From positions 768,001 to 832,000 of the forward strand of contig CBDANF010000002.1 in NCBI GenBank assembly GCA_965197475.1: 64,000 nt of DNA. The letters run 5' to 3'. Below, one piece after another: positions 10,912-20,074 of the stretch; the stretch's first letter is position 1; the number at the start of each line of letters is the position of its first letter. Below the pieces are notes generated by a model. It was not told the DNA's origin. It was given only the letters and a program-made list of their open reading frames with translations, and made no database searches. Source of the stretch: Candidatus Poribacteria bacterium. GTDB taxonomy: Bacteria > Poribacteria > WGA-4E > WGA-3G. The position numbers and the translations under genes were made by a program.

Positions 10912-11850
10912 CTAATTGTCGCGCAATTTTTCAATAATGGCAGTGGGTAAGGGAGCTGTTCCAGAGGTGGCGACACCGTCGTCTATTTGCGCTGGTGTCA
11001 TCATACCCGGCACGACGCTACAGACTGCGGGATGTGCTAAAATAAATTTCAGAGAGGCTTGCGGTAAATTTCGCGCTTTGTTCTTGATTGTGGAGTTAAT
11101 TTCTTCCACACGTTCTAAATCGGCGAGAAATTTCTCACGGGACCATGTCTTCCGATAATCGTTTTCTGCAAATACGGTGTCTGCATTAAGTTGTCCAGAA
11201 AGTAATCCTGATGACAAAGGTTGACGTGCTACAACAGCAATACCTTTTTCCGCGGCTGTTTCCATCACAGGCTTCGCCATGCCTTGGTTTAGGATGTTGT
11301 AGGTTAGCATCAGGGAGGATATACCGGTTTCCGCTATTGCTTTAAGTGCTTGTGCTTCATTTCCGAGGCATAACCCATAAAAACGGATTTTTCCTTCGGA
11401 TTTAAGTTCTTCCATTGTCCCGAATGCTTCATCCCATGCTTCCGCGGACGGTGGCGTGTGGAATTGATAGATGTCTATCACATCCTTTTTCAATCGGGTG
11501 AGACTGCCTTCAGCCGATTGACGGATATAATCTCGCGATGCGTTGAATACAGGAACTTTTCCACCTTGACTAATCCAGCCATCGGAATCCAATTCATATC
11601 CGAGTTTCGTTGCGATGACAACCCTATCACCGAGTGCAGAAAAAGCTTCACCCAAAAGGCGTTCAGCACGTCCACCACCGTATTGGTCAGCGGTATCGTA
11701 AAAGGTGACTCCGTTTTCAAAGGCGTACCGAAGAAGATCAACAGACTCTGTTTCGCTGATATCTCCCCATTCTCGCCCGCCGAGTTCCCATGTTCCCATG
11801 CCAATTTCGGAGACGGTCAACCCTGTGTTTCCAAATTTGTGCTGTCGCAT
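10912..11850 (-). CDS. Aldo/keto reductase
   Basis: GLTVSEIGMGTW, FYDTADQYG, IATK, SLTRL..D.ID.Y..H. Confidence 0.95.
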   Translation of the reverse strand: MRQHKFGNTGLTVSEIGMGTWELGGREWGDISETESVDLLRYAFENGVTFYDTADQYGGGRAERLLGEAFSALGDRVVIATKLGYELDSDGWISQGGKVPVFNASRDYIRQSAEGSLTRLKKDVIDIYQFHTPPSAEAWDEAFGTMEELKSEGKIRFYGLCLGNEAQALKAIAETGISSLMLTYNILNQGMAKPVMETAAEKGIAVVARQPLSSGLLSGQLNADTVFAENDYRKTWSREKFLADLERVEEINSTIKNKARNLPQASLKFILAHPAVCSVVPGMMTPAQIDDGVATSGTAPLPTAIIEKLRDN

Positions 11851-12138
11851 CGTTTTCTCCCTACGCGGAATTAAAATTCACTTTACACAATTTACGTTTT
11901 TTTGTCAACAATTATTTTTGTTATTTCGTTTCAAGATAAATCGGGCTTAAAAAGCCATCCCACAAGAGACCTCCGACAAGGAAGAAACAGGAAAATTGGA
12001 TGATTTTGAAATTACACACAATTACATTGACAGATCGTCTCTGTTTCTGATAAGATATAGTCATTCAAACGCGTGAGGAGAAGTTATTTAGCACGCTTTG
12101 GAAAGACCCAACACGTTTATTAATTTTTAGGTACATAC

Positions 12139-13170
12139 ATGAAATTATTGGTCACTGGTGGTGCTGGATTTATCGGCACAAATTTTATTAGATACTGGCT
12201 CAAGGAGTATCCCAAAGATGTCGTTATTAACCTTGACCGACTGACTTATGCCGGGAATCTCTCTAACCTGACAGACGTAGTCTTAGTTTATTCAGAGCGG
12301 TATTTGTTTGCCAGAGGTGATATTCTTGATGAGGTGTTAGTTTTGGATCTTATAAAAACACATCAACCAGATGTGATTGTCAATTTTGCGGCAGAATCAC
12401 ACAATAGCCGTGCCATTCTACACCCACGCCAATTCTTTAAAACGAACGTAATCGGAACACAAGTTTTATTGGATGCTGCTCGTAAGCACGGCACACCTCG
12501 GTTTCACCATATCTCTACATGTGAGGTATACGGTGAACTGCCTTTGGATGCGCCTGATGCCTTCACTGAAACCGCGCCTTACCGACCACAGACCCCCTAC
12601 AATGCTTCAAAAGCGGCAGCAGACCATCTTGTAAACGCCTATTTTCATAGTTTTAGACTACCGATAACTATTTCTAACAGTTCCAATAATTACGGTCCCT
12701 ACCAGCATCCAGAGAAGTTGATTCCGCTTTTTACAACGAATGCTATACAGAATTTGCCTTTGACGCTTTACCGCAGCAGCCACAACCGCAGAGAATGGAT
12801 GCATGTTGATGACCACTGCCGTGCAATTGCATCGATTATCAACAACGGACAGATTGGAGAAACGTATAACATCGGCAGCGGCGTTGAGAAAAGCATTGAA
12901 GAGATCAGCGATTTTATTTTGGATGTTCTTGGTAAACCTCAACACCTGAAAGCTTATGTGCCTGACAGACCAGGGCATGATTGTCGATATCTCTTGGATT
13001 CAGAGAAAATCTATCAGGAACTTGGATGGAAACCGATAATTGAATTTGAACAAGGCATGCAGCAGACGATACAGTGGTACATCAAAAATCGGGAATGGTG
13101 GGAAAAAATTCAACAGAACGCAGAAACTGAAACAGTTCAAGAAGACAAATGGGAGACATTCGGACGGTAG
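12139..13170 (+). CDS. rfbB: dTDP-glucose 4,6-dehydratase
   Basis: VTGGAGFIG, LTYAGNL, FAAESH, STCEVYG, YNASK, DRPGHD. Confidence 0.93.
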   Translation: MKLLVTGGAGFIGTNFIRYWLKEYPKDVVINLDRLTYAGNLSNLTDVVLVYSERYLFARGDILDEVLVLDLIKTHQPDVIVNFAAESHNSRAILHPRQFFKTNVIGTQVLLDAARKHGTPRFHHISTCEVYGELPLDAPDAFTETAPYRPQTPYNASKAAADHLVNAYFHSFRLPITISNSSNNYGPYQHPEKLIPLFTTNAIQNLPLTLYRSSHNRREWMHVDDHCRAIASIINNGQIGETYNIGSGVEKSIEEISDFILDVLGKPQHLKAYVPDRPGHDCRYLLDSEKIYQELGWKPIIEFEQGMQQTIQWYIKNREWWEKIQQNAETETVQEDKWETFGR

Positions 13171-13250
13171 TGCCGTATGCCTCCCAAAAAGTTGCTGAAT
13201 CAATTGTGTCAATTCATTCCACAAGTGGGTTTCATTCTTGAAATACTTAT

Positions 13251-13967
13251 CTAATTACTACGGGGACACCACGCCATTACTGTGCCAAAACTGGCAAATG
13301 CACTGTTTTCGCCACTTGTTAAAATACGTGAGCCTTGCACAACAATTCTTGCATCTTTACTTGTGATTTTGTAACTGACTGGAGCATCTTTAGCAATCAA
13401 CAGTTCGCTGTTTGTGTCCTTCAGTTTATCCAATCTATAATGCACCGACCTATGTGCAGGCACATCAAATTCGCAAGAAACGTTTTCCATTGCTGTGTCC
13501 TCATAAAGCACCTCTAAGAGACAACGCGTATCTATATCTGCAGTGTTGGAAATACATATAGATTCATGCGAGAAATATCCTTCGCCGTGCTGTTCCCACT
13601 CCTGCTCTGTTGGCGTTAATGCTGCCATATAGCCATCGGGAATCACCCAGATATAAGTACCATCACCATCTGAAGCGTAGAACTTGAGCGCACCCGCTAC
13701 TGTTTCCGAATCTTCCATATCTTCTTCAAGCGAAATCACAAGAAATCGGGAATATAATTGAATTCCTTTTGAAGGATTGTGCTCTGTTAGTTGTCCTGCG
13801 ACATTCAAGCATAATCTGTTTTCATCTAACATTTCAAGATGGCTCACGCCTTGAGATGTTAGCCAATCCCCGAACTTGTCGTTGAGCAGAGTCGTTAGGG
13901 TATCAAGATTTGAGATACCCGCCTGTTTATATTCTCGAATCGTTTCGAATAATATTTCAAATGTCAT
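13251..13967 (-). CDS. ASRT (Anabaena sensory rhodopsin transducer)-like domain with an extra N-terminal domain
   Basis: C-terminal half has WVIPDGY, SHESICISN, VPAHRSVHYRLDKL and IVVQGSR, which resemble the ASRT family. Confidence 0.65.
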   Translation of the reverse strand: MTFEILFETIREYKQAGISNLDTLTTLLNDKFGDWLTSQGVSHLEMLDENRLCLNVAGQLTEHNPSKGIQLYSRFLVISLEEDMEDSETVAGALKFYASDGDGTYIWVIPDGYMAALTPTEQEWEQHGEGYFSHESICISNTADIDTRCLLEVLYEDTAMENVSCEFDVPAHRSVHYRLDKLKDTNSELLIAKDAPVSYKITSKDARIVVQGSRILTSGENSAFASFGTVMAWCPRSN

Positions 13968-13985
13968 AGATTTCTCCTTGAGTTT

Positions 13986-14330
13986 TTATACCATCCACCG
14001 TCCATCAATACCCAGCAGTGCCATTAACACCTGCAAAAGCACAACCTCTGCATCAGGTCCGATAAACTGACGGTGGGTGTCAATATAGGTGCCGTAGTCT
14101 GCTGCCCATTCACGAAAATAGGTTTCGTATTCCCATCCGTTTGCAATGCGGTGGAAACTGGAACGTTCTGGATAAGGAAGTTTTTGATTTAAGAGTGCGT
14201 GTAGTTGTTCAGAGGTCGGTAGCCATAAGTCTTCAGCGTTTTTTGTGGTGGGTTGAAGTGCTTGGATTGCAGGGTGTCGGCACATTTCAAGGTATTTTTG
14301 GGAATGGTCATGTTTTTCTGATGGGGTCAT
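13986..14330 (-). CDS. Hypothetical protein
   Basis: 114-aa ORF co-oriented and closely spaced with its neighbours. Confidence 0.6.
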   Translation of the reverse strand: MTPSEKHDHSQKYLEMCRHPAIQALQPTTKNAEDLWLPTSEQLHALLNQKLPYPERSSFHRIANGWEYETYFREWAADYGTYIDTHRQFIGPDAEVVLLQVLMALLGIDGRWMV

Positions 14331-14372
14331 GGGTTGGTGGCGGCGTTAAAGGAAAATTAAAACTCGGTACTA

Positions 14373-14768
14373 TCACGTCAAAATCCATTGCTGTATGTGA
14401 TCCGCAATAGCGTCAATATCAGTTATGGAACCATCCGCGATCTTAAGACCGAGTTCAATAATTAAATCATCAATGTTGAGACGGAGGGTACAACCGTTAA
14501 ATTCTAAAAACAAAATAGCACAGTTCATACCGATACGTTTGTTTCCATCCAAAAATATATGTCCCTTGATAATGTGATGGGCATACACAGCAGCTTTTTG
14601 AAATAGGGTAGGAAACATTTCTACGCCATCAAATTTACCACCTACTGCATCAGCCAAATAGTTTAACTGGTTTTCATTCAATATCTGATAGTTGCCGACA
14701 TGTCTTTCAGCAACCTCCAGAATTTCCGCAATTGTCAAATATCTTAAATGTTGCCGAGGGTTTTCCAT
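14373..14768 (-). CDS. Death-on-curing (Doc/Fic) family toxin
   Basis: KAAVY...IIKGHIFLDGNKR motif (HxFxDGNKR). Confidence 0.92.
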   Translation of the reverse strand: MENPRQHLRYLTIAEILEVAERHVGNYQILNENQLNYLADAVGGKFDGVEMFPTLFQKAAVYAHHIIKGHIFLDGNKRIGMNCAILFLEFNGCTLRLNIDDLIIELGLKIADGSITDIDAIADHIQQWILT

Positions 14769-15040
14769 GCTTGATCGTAGTGTCGTAGTAATTCGTCTAA
14801 AGCTGTGGTGATATTTATCCCAATGTCACTGGCAGTTGTCATGTCTGATTTCGCCTTTTCCTCTTCTCCAAGGTGCAACCAAGCTTTGCTGCGACAATAA
14901 TAAGCATCGGCATAATCAGATTTAAGTTCTATCGCTTTAGTATAGTCTTCAATAGCAAGGTCTATCTCACCTTTTTTGCTTTTCTCTATGCCGCTGCTAA
15001 AATACTTTTCAGCAAGCTCCTGATTTTGTCCTACCATCAT
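14744..15040 (-). CDS. Short TPR protein overlapping doc; candidate antitoxin
   Basis: TPR consensus AIEDYTKAIELKSDYADAYY; start at 15040 behind AAGGAG; 25-nt overlap with doc. Confidence 0.75.
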   Translation of the reverse strand: MMVGQNQELAEKYFSSGIEKSKKGEIDLAIEDYTKAIELKSDYADAYYCRSKAWLHLGEEEKAKSDMTTASDIGINITTALDELLRHYDQAWKTLGNI

Positions 15041-15264
15041 TTTCTCCTTATGGTGTTTATTGCTTGAAATAATGATAACATACAGAACGAACATATTCAA
15101 CAGAATTTTAGGAGAATTAATCCAATTAAACTTGAACCTACATGCAATCTTTTAGCAAATAAAAGTTCTTGTAAATTCTACATAACTACATTATAATTCC
15201 CGTAGATTCATTTTGAAACATTACACACCACCAATGACCTTAGCAAAATGGAAAGAAATACACA

Positions 15265-16095
15265 ATGAAATTGAGTTGTCTCCCTGTCTCTCTTTACGAC
15301 GACATCTTCACCGGAAAAAGCACTGTTGCGGATTGGATTCGATTCGCCGCAGAATTGGGTTTAGATGCAGTTGACTTTAGTATCAAATTTTTCCCACAGC
15401 GCGACGCAAAAACGGTGAACATAATACGCACTATCCTTGCAAAACGCGGTGTAGAGGCTTGTATGCTCGCCTGCTACTCCGATTTCACGCATCCCGATGC
15501 TACGCAACGCGCACATGAGTTAGCCAACCTAAAATCGGATATTGCATTGGCAAAAGCGTTAGGGGCAAAATTTGTTCGGGTGACAGCAGGGCAAAATCAT
15601 CCCGATACCAAACGCGAGGATGGGGTGCGTTGGGTTGTAAACGGATTTCGGCACGCACTTGATGAAGCAGAAAAGCAAGGTATCACACTTGCTTATGAGA
15701 ATCATACCAAAGGCGCACCGTGGCAGTATTGGGATTTTTCGCAACCGGCAGAGATTTTTTTAGAAATCCTTGACGCACTTTCGGACACGCCACTCGGAGT
15801 CTGCTTTGATACAGCGAACCCTCTTGTCCTCAAAGAAGATGTGTTGGAATTACTGGAAAAAGTTATTGATCACGTTGTCGTGCTGCATGTTTTTGACATG
15901 CGCGAGGTAGGTAAGTTTGAACCTGTGCGTGTCGGTACTGGTGCCTCACCGATTCCGCAAATCTTTTCCCACATGAGGCAAGCCAATTACGACGGTTGGC
16001 TTAGTATAGAGGAAGCCAGTCGTCAAGGACAGAGAGGGTTTGAAGAAGCAATCCAATATGTAAAACAGACGTGGCAACAAGCATCATCCGCGTGA
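15265..16095 (+). CDS. Sugar phosphate isomerase/epimerase (xylose-isomerase-like TIM barrel)
   Basis: LAYENH, CFDTAN, LHVFD, YDGWLSIE. Confidence 0.88.
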   Translation: MKLSCLPVSLYDDIFTGKSTVADWIRFAAELGLDAVDFSIKFFPQRDAKTVNIIRTILAKRGVEACMLACYSDFTHPDATQRAHELANLKSDIALAKALGAKFVRVTAGQNHPDTKREDGVRWVVNGFRHALDEAEKQGITLAYENHTKGAPWQYWDFSQPAEIFLEILDALSDTPLGVCFDTANPLVLKEDVLELLEKVIDHVVVLHVFDMREVGKFEPVRVGTGASPIPQIFSHMRQANYDGWLSIEEASRQGQRGFEEAIQYVKQTWQQASSA

Positions 16096-16935
16096 GGGTT
16101 CACTCATCCGCTCCTGTGCTTGACGTGACAACTCCGCGAGGTGTCCATCATTCGCCATCACCTGTTCAAGGTGTATCTTCCGTTCCGGTGTGGCAGTGTT
16201 TACCATCTTCTCGCCATATTTCCGATCAATCCAGAACCGTGCCGAACCCCCGATATAAGCACGTAAAGCGTCCAACTTATCATCAGGATATCGCTGACAG
16301 AGATTCATAGTAAACATACGCCGGCGTGTGCTACCGCCAAACGCCGCATGTTTGGTGTTATGGTTAAACAGCACAAGATCGCCAGGTGTTGTTTCAAAGA
16401 CGACAGCGGGTACATCTTTTCCGTGTATTTCCCACATCTCCTGACTTCTTCCAATTTGCTGACTCAGTCCGTCTGCATAGTTGTCACCAAAGAGATGGCT
16501 ACCCGGAATAACGCGAAGCGCGCCAGTGTCCCGTGTGAGCGGATCAAGGTAAAACGCAATCTTAATGTGCATCGGATCTTCTAAGCGATGTCCACCGTCA
16601 GAATGCCATCCGGTATCGCCGACATAGAAATTGCCATCACTTCCCATATAGTTAAAATCGTCTCCGAGCAAGGTTTTGGCAATCGCCAGAATTCGCGGGT
16701 CATCCAGCAGCGATGATAACTCTTCACTCTGATCAATGAAAGGCACAATACAAGAACGCGCTGTTCCTGCGTGCGGTTTGCCATTGTGTCCACCGCCGCG
16801 TTCTGACCAAACAGTTTCAAACGCGTCTTGAATCGCTTCAATCCTATCTGCCATCAGTTGTGGAAAACTAAGATAACCGAATGTCTTGAAAAAACTAATC
16901 TCCGAATCGGTGAGGTTGAAATCGTGTTGGTTCAT
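16084..16935 (-). CDS. Phytanoyl-CoA dioxygenase (PhyH) family 2OG-Fe(II) oxygenase
   Basis: FFKTFGYL, GWHSD, GALRVIPGSH, PGDLVLFNH..H; start at 16935 behind GGAGG. Confidence 0.9.
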   Translation of the reverse strand: MNQHDFNLTDSEISFFKTFGYLSFPQLMADRIEAIQDAFETVWSERGGGHNGKPHAGTARSCIVPFIDQSEELSSLLDDPRILAIAKTLLGDDFNYMGSDGNFYVGDTGWHSDGGHRLEDPMHIKIAFYLDPLTRDTGALRVIPGSHLFGDNYADGLSQQIGRSQEMWEIHGKDVPAVVFETTPGDLVLFNHNTKHAAFGGSTRRRMFTMNLCQRYPDDKLDALRAYIGGSARFWIDRKYGEKMVNTATPERKIHLEQVMANDGHLAELSRQAQERMSEPSRG

Positions 16936-17074
16936 TTCACATCCTCCATTGGATACTAAGAATATCGCTATCATAACACAACTATCATTAATTTTACAAC
17001 CCTGAAAACAAATAAGGCATCTGCCTCAGCAGATACCCGATCCAAACCTAAAACTACGACTCACAATTGCAGTG

Positions 17075-18721
17075 CTAAATTGTTTCATCAGAAATCTCAG
17101 CATCTTTTGCGAAGTCACTGAGCAATGCAGGTGTAGCAGTATCAAACCCGACAAAATCCAGCATACCAGCATCTTTCGGATCAGCAATCGAAAAGTTGTT
17201 CGCCACCATCGCAACAACGGCACACTTTGCGGGTCTTCCCATCTCTTGCCGATACATATCCAGTGCTGTTTTCGGGTGGATATCACCATACCATGTTTCG
17301 CTATCTGTGTAGATCGTGAACATGTCTACTTCTAATTTATGTTGCATTGCGTAAAGCATGGGCAGCGCGCAATCGGTACGAGAGAACGGTAAACCAGAAA
17401 CTTTTTCAATAGCACTTGCTAAACTATCGGTTGCCGTAATAGGCACGTGTACAAAATCGCCTGAAAATCCGAAGATATGGTAACTCGGTTCCGTGCGGGC
17501 GGTTACCAGTGCCATTGCAGCAGAAGCATTACGCGGTGTAAGCCCTTCACAACCAGCAACTGTACTTCTTGTCATTGACCCGGAAACATCAAGTGCCAAA
17601 AAAGTGTTCTTTTCACTCGGTTCAACGTTATCAAACGCCATGTAAAACGCAGCGTCTAAAACATCAACAATCTGCGGAACAGGCTCCCAGCTCAAACTGC
17701 CTCTGACTCCAGTGCCTGACCTATATGTTGTTAATGCCATAAGAATCTGGATAGGATGGATCCGCGAATGCTGAATAGCATCTGCCGAGAATCTTTCCAG
17801 TACAGTCTGGACCTCCGGCACAAAAGGTTTTAGCAACCCTACCTGTGTCATCTTACCGAGGTTTCGCACCGTTGCCATCACAGGCATGTTAACTAATAAC
17901 GCTGCCCAGACATCAGGATCATCCTTCCATTCATTTGGTACCATTTCATGCGTAAATTGATATGTTTCAATTAGATTGATGACCTCCGCACGTTTCTGAG
18001 TGTTTTTCAGTTCTTCATATCCAGCAAGCAGTTCAGGCAAAGCGTCCGTTGCATCGTAAGCGGTAGAGACCTTTTCTCCTTCTTCTAAACTGCGTTGCAC
18101 AGTACGCGCTTCAGTATCAAGTCCTTTGATCCAGCGATAGATACCTCGGTTTTCACCGTAGTGGCATTTCGCGAGCACGTCAGCATGCCGCCAACTGTTC
18201 CGAGACTGATATTTCAACACTTGATACGCCAATGCGTCATCATCCTTCGTGCGATACCACTCTCCGATTAACCGCCGTAATGCCCTACCCCATCCTCGCA
18301 TACCGTCCACAAACACCACGAAATTGAACAAGTGCGTTCCGATACGCGCGACATCACAGAACACCTCCTGGACTTTTCGTCTTGTAGCAACATCTCCGTG
18401 GGTAAAAGCGAGTGCTAAAGCGTATAAAGCCGGATCATTTTTCGAGGCACGCCCAGAAACTGAAATCTCACGAATCCGTTCAACAACCTGAACACCATCC
18501 TCGGCAATGCACTGCTTAACGGAATCTACATTTTCCTTTGTCAAATCTTGCTCTTTGGCATAATAGGATCCGCCTTCGGTACCTAAAATCAGAAACCTGT
18601 CAAGGTTTGTCCAGATAGAAACAGGATAAACGTATCCGCCAGCAGAATTCTCAACCTGCTGTTCGTCCAAAGGTTGGCGTTGGTGTGGATGCAATGGGGA
18701 ATATTTACGTAAATAACTCAT
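17075..18721 (-). CDS. rsr: Ro60/TROVE-domain RNA-binding protein (Rsr ortholog)
   Basis: QVENSAGGY, LDRFLILGTEGGSYY, RGWGR, KYQSR, VRNLGKM; vWA MIDAS DVSGSM; TDSET; GMLDFVGFD. True start ATG 18721 (GGTG RBS); the 28-codon extension in the ORF track overlaps a Y RNA. Confidence 0.96.
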   Translation of the reverse strand: MSYLRKYSPLHPHQRQPLDEQQVENSAGGYVYPVSIWTNLDRFLILGTEGGSYYAKEQDLTKENVDSVKQCIAEDGVQVVERIREISVSGRASKNDPALYALALAFTHGDVATRRKVQEVFCDVARIGTHLFNFVVFVDGMRGWGRALRRLIGEWYRTKDDDALAYQVLKYQSRNSWRHADVLAKCHYGENRGIYRWIKGLDTEARTVQRSLEEGEKVSTAYDATDALPELLAGYEELKNTQKRAEVINLIETYQFTHEMVPNEWKDDPDVWAALLVNMPVMATVRNLGKMTQVGLLKPFVPEVQTVLERFSADAIQHSRIHPIQILMALTTYRSGTGVRGSLSWEPVPQIVDVLDAAFYMAFDNVEPSEKNTFLALDVSGSMTRSTVAGCEGLTPRNASAAMALVTARTEPSYHIFGFSGDFVHVPITATDSLASAIEKVSGLPFSRTDCALPMLYAMQHKLEVDMFTIYTDSETWYGDIHPKTALDMYRQEMGRPAKCAVVAMVANNFSIADPKDAGMLDFVGFDTATPALLSDFAKDAEISDETI

Positions 18722-18742
18722 AATGTCACCAATTTTAATGAA

Positions 18743-18805
18743 GTGGCGGGCAAGGGGTGCATTGCGGTCACTGGGATAAAGATAACGCAATACTTCGGCC
18801 CGCAC
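18743..18805 (-). ncRNA. Minimal Y RNA (about 63 nt; Ro-binding stem only), copy 1
   Basis: 5'-GTGCGGGCCGAAGTATTGCGTTATC...CGCAATGCACCCCTTGCCCGCCAC. Terminal stem GCGGGC/GCCCGC, GNCGAAG motif, upper stem TATTGCG/CGCAATG; ends about 21 nt before rsr. Confidence 0.75.
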
Positions 18806-18812
18806 AAAGATG

Positions 18813-18951
18813 GCTCCGGATAAGGGGCAGAGTCCGTTTTGATATGCTCTACCAACTGAGCTATAGCAAGTTTATGCATCACACAAACCTACCAGCAGGA
18901 CTTGAACCTGCGACCACATCATTATGATAACACACTCAATCGACCCGGAGC
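18813..18951 (-). ncRNA. YrlA-type Y RNA (circularly permuted tRNA mimic), copy 1
   Basis: Terminal stem GCTCCGGGT-C-GA / TT-ATCCGGAGC with a bulged C; then T-arm GCAGG-TTCAAGT-CCTGC, closed acceptor-like stem TGGTAGGTTTGTG/CATAAACTTGCTA, then D-arm TA-GCTC-AGTTGGTA-GAGC. Confidence 0.9.
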
Positions 18952-18970
18952 AGTGATGGATTATCTATAA

Positions 18971-19206
18971 TAGGGCTTACGCAATTTTTCGCGTTTTTTC
19001 AAAATTATGACTAAAATGGTGCAATTTCAGCAGAATTCTGAGTTCGTAGCGCGCTTACATGAAGATTAATTTATTATTTCGGTAATTCTAATTATCCCAA
19101 ACCCTGTAGGCGCGCTTTGTAAGCGCGCCTAACTTCTCAGCAGAAATTACCGAATTTATTTTTTAATCTTCATCAAAGCGCGCCTACGGGTTTTGCGTAA
19201 GTCCTG
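18971..19206. mobile_element. 121-bp MITE carrying a nested 115-bp MITE (19059-19173) and two REPs
   Basis: Outer TIRs TAGGGCTTACGCA and TGCGTAAGTCCTG; inner about 31-bp TIRs ATGAAGATTAA..TTCGGTAATT; 236 minus 115 = 121 bp. Confidence 0.75.
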
Positions 19207-19324
19207 TTAAGAAAAAAATTGCTGCATTTCTCTTGTGGGAGGGCTTTGTCCGCCCGATTTTGTTAAATTCAACCCGTTAAACCGGGGTTGAAAACCCGCT
19301 GAATACCATACGCGCATTCGGAGT

Positions 19325-19356
19325 TAGGTTGGGTTTCGCATGCGAAACCCAACCTA
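19325..19356. repeat. Perfect 32-bp palindrome (REP-like, GTAGGTTGGG family)
   Basis: TAGGTTGGGTTTCGCA|TGCGAAACCCAACCTA; related half-sites near 10547-10575, 21455, 24645 and 54461. Confidence 0.85.
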
Positions 19357-19361
19357 TAGAA

Positions 19362-20018
19362 CTACTCAGACTTGCGTTCTAAAGCAATTTTCTGATTAGC
19401 TTCGGATAATGTTAACGCATCTCCTTCAAGACTCCACGTGTATTCAGTACCCTCTTTAAACAGAGCACCCGAAACCGTTGGACTAAACCCTTTTTTGGTT
19501 TCTTCTGCCATATCGTTTTGCAATTGCTCTACTGTGTTGCCTTGAATTTGTTGTTCCCAAACCTCTTTTGGTTCAAGTGTTACAACCACATCTACGTTCA
19601 AATCATGATTCGTAATTGTCAAGGTTGAATCATCTGCGGTATACGTCCCTTCTGATGCGATTGTAATCTCCTGCGTCATTGAAGAAACAGGTTCAGTATA
19701 TTTCTCGGTGAGTATGAACCCCAAAGCACCTGTAAACGAACCGTCGGCATTGAAAACCCAACTGTTTGCACCTAGCATGAATTCCGTTTCAAATTCTGGT
19801 GCTGGATCCTGTGGTTTGAAAAGGTCTTCAAACATTGCACCGTTGATAGTTGCAACCTGCCAAGTCGTGTCAACGAAGTCGAACATAACTTCATCAGGAT
19901 CATCTTTATCAGGATCATCTTTATCAGGATCATCCTCTTTATCAGCACCGCAACCGATGAGGGAAACAAAGAACAGTGCTGTAGCAAAAATAAGCATAAG
20001 CTTAAAAATCGGTTTCAT
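19362..20018 (-). CDS. Acidic lipoprotein, lipocalin/META-like beta fold
   Basis: Start MKPIFK at 20018 (AAGGA); lipobox LIGC; 15-bp tandem repeat at 19893-19934 encoding DDPDK repeats; TTWQV..ING motif. Confidence 0.75.
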   Translation of the reverse strand: MKPIFKLMLIFATALFFVSLIGCGADKEDDPDKDDPDKDDPDEVMFDFVDTTWQVATINGAMFEDLFKPQDPAPEFETEFMLGANSWVFNADGSFTGALGFILTEKYTEPVSSMTQEITIASEGTYTADDSTLTITNHDLNVDVVVTLEPKEVWEQQIQGNTVEQLQNDMAEETKKGFSPTVSGALFKEGTEYTWSLEGDALTLSEANQKIALERKSE

Positions 20019-20074
20019 AACGAAATCCTTTCCAATAAATTTGGATTTAGAAAAATTGAATGATATTGTATCAT

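Noticed and set aside
18722-18805. 28-aa N-terminal extension of Ro60 in the ORF track
   Set aside because: It overlaps the minimal Y RNA. ATG 18721 has an RBS and gives a typical Ro60 length (548 aa).
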